The position numbers and the translations under genes are program-made. 64,000 nucleotides of DNA from positions 62,001 to 126,000 of the forward strand of contig JAPEUD010000065.1 in NCBI GenBank assembly GCA_026026165.1. The letters run 5' to 3'. The notes under the pieces were generated by a model. The model was not told the DNA's origin. It did not search any database and worked only from the letters and a program-made list of their open reading frames with translations. This DNA comes from Sarea resinae (taxonomy: Eukaryota). Positions 62,919-64,000 of the stretch are shown here, in pieces (position 1 is the first letter of the stretch; the number at the start of each line of letters is the position of its first letter).

Positions 62919-64000
62919 ATGGCTGAGGAGCCTCAAACACAGCATGGCCTTGGGCCGTGTTCGGCTCCTATGGGCAGTGGGTTGAGGAGTCGCTCAGCCT
63001 TCCAAAGGCTGGTTCAGGGGCTTCTGACACAATTCCGCTTCGAGTGGCGTGGGGCTCTTCTCAACGACCCCTTCGGCCATCATGAACTGGACTTTCTCAG
63101 TCCACTGCGTCGCTCGGCCTCCCTAAATTCGATTCGAATGCATTACCGTTTCGATTCGCATTCATCTTTCCTCGGCCCATTCTCGAGCCATCTTGGATTG
63201 GGGACTCCTAATCCACTACGTCACTCTACCTCTCTAAACATGGTCAGAGAAATTGGAGCACAACACGGCCTCGAGTCGCGTTCGCTTTCGGTCGGCGCTT
63301 TTCCCACCCACCTTGGATTTGGTGACTTCACCCCACCGCGTCACTCTACCTCTTTAAGCACGATACAAGATCCTCGAGCACAGCGCCACCTTGATTCGAG
63401 TTCTTTTTCGAGCAGCAGTTCCGGCAGTTCTTGCAGTCATTATGGACTGAGCGAATTTGGCCCAATGCGTCGCTCCACTTCTTTGAGCAGGGTTCAAGAG
63501 CTTCGCGCAGAACACCGTCTTGATCCTCGTTCATTCTCGACTAGCAGCTCTACCAGCCATCATGGGCTCATCGATTCCATCCCGATGCGTCGCTCATCTT
63601 CCCTCAGCAGGGTTCAAGAGCTTCAGATGCAACATCGCCTGGAGTCGCGTTCAGTTTCCATCAGCAGTGTTGACGAACTCCAATCGGTCTTGTCCGATAA
63701 CAACGAGCCGCTCTTCATCGATATCCCAAAGAGGGAAAATATCGAGATCATCTTTCCACCCAACTCTACCCACATCACACCCACTCACGTCGCGTCCAAA
63801 GTGTCATTTGGCAAAGCGAACGGAAAACTGCACTCTTACGAAGCTCTTCGCAACAGCTCGCCCAGACGCACCCGGTCGGCAACTCCAGTTGTCTACAGGT
63901 CGAACAGCGCTGCGAGTCTTTACCGCGAGCAGCAAAAAGTCCCTCTATTCGTGCCATCACAGATCCTGATGTCACCTCACCACCATCATCACTCCTCGTA
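62919..64000 (+). CDS. Ser-rich protein with ~40-aa tandem repeats, truncated by the window end
   Basis: Stop-free frame from ATG 62919 (MAEEPQTQHGL) to 64000; not in the ORF track because it has no stop in the window. TATATAA at 62821. Confidence 0.75.
   Translation, partial: MAEEPQTQHGLGPCSAPMGSGLRSRSAFQRLVQGLLTQFRFEWRGALLNDPFGHHELDFLSPLRRSASLNSIRMHYRFDSHSSFLGPFSSHLGLGTPNPLRHSTSLNMVREIGAQHGLESRSLSVGAFPTHLGFGDFTPPRHSTSLSTIQDPRAQRHLDSSSFSSSSSGSSCSHYGLSEFGPMRRSTSLSRVQELRAEHRLDPRSFSTSSSTSHHGLIDSIPMRRSSSLSRVQELQMQHRLESRSVSISSVDELQSVLSDNNEPLFIDIPKRENIEIIFPPNSTHITPTHVASKVSFGKANGKLHSYEALRNSSPRRTRSATPVVYRSNSAASLYREQQKVPLFVPSQILMSPHHHHHSS

Noticed and set aside
62940..63660. ~120-nt periodic repeats as a CRISPR array or satellite
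   Set aside because: Eukaryotic context; the units are degenerate and keep a reading frame, so they are protein repeats.
1..64000. tRNA, rRNA, snRNA or riboswitch genes
   Set aside because: None recognised by eye; tRNAscan-SE and Infernal would be needed to exclude them.

Overview
Intron-rich, gene-dense eukaryotic DNA from a filamentous ascomycete (Pezizomycotina; GT-AG introns with CTRAC/CTAAT-type branch sites). The exact taxon cannot be determined from the window. About 24 protein-coding genes can be reconstructed by hand. Housekeeping block: carboxypeptidase Y, SDO1, RPS18, a bZIP factor, tRNase Z, a histidine acid phosphatase, eIF2B-gamma, a Pex22-like protein and SPT20. After a ~5.7 kb gene-free region lies a divergent BrlA-like C2H2 factor. 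An accessory stretch follows: a TAP-like hydrolase, an AA11 LPMO and three tandem orphan R/D/G-rich genes. The window ends with MHF2/CENP-X, MIS12, a MIF-fold protein, a small spliced Gly-rich protein, SRX1, SWC5, an F-box/LRR protein and a repeat protein running off the end. The most interesting signals are: (1) the brlA-like gene with an apparent alpha/beta two-start, one-intron architecture and a CATTCY-rich upstream region; (2) the orphan tandem family, one copy interrupted by a single in-frame TAG; (3) an AA11 LPMO with Asn at the usual axial Tyr; (4) an AUG-less, presequence-like ~200-codon extension on tRNase Z. No tRNA, rRNA, CRISPR array or intact transposon was recognised. Gene models are manual, and family calls come from remembered motifs, not database searches.
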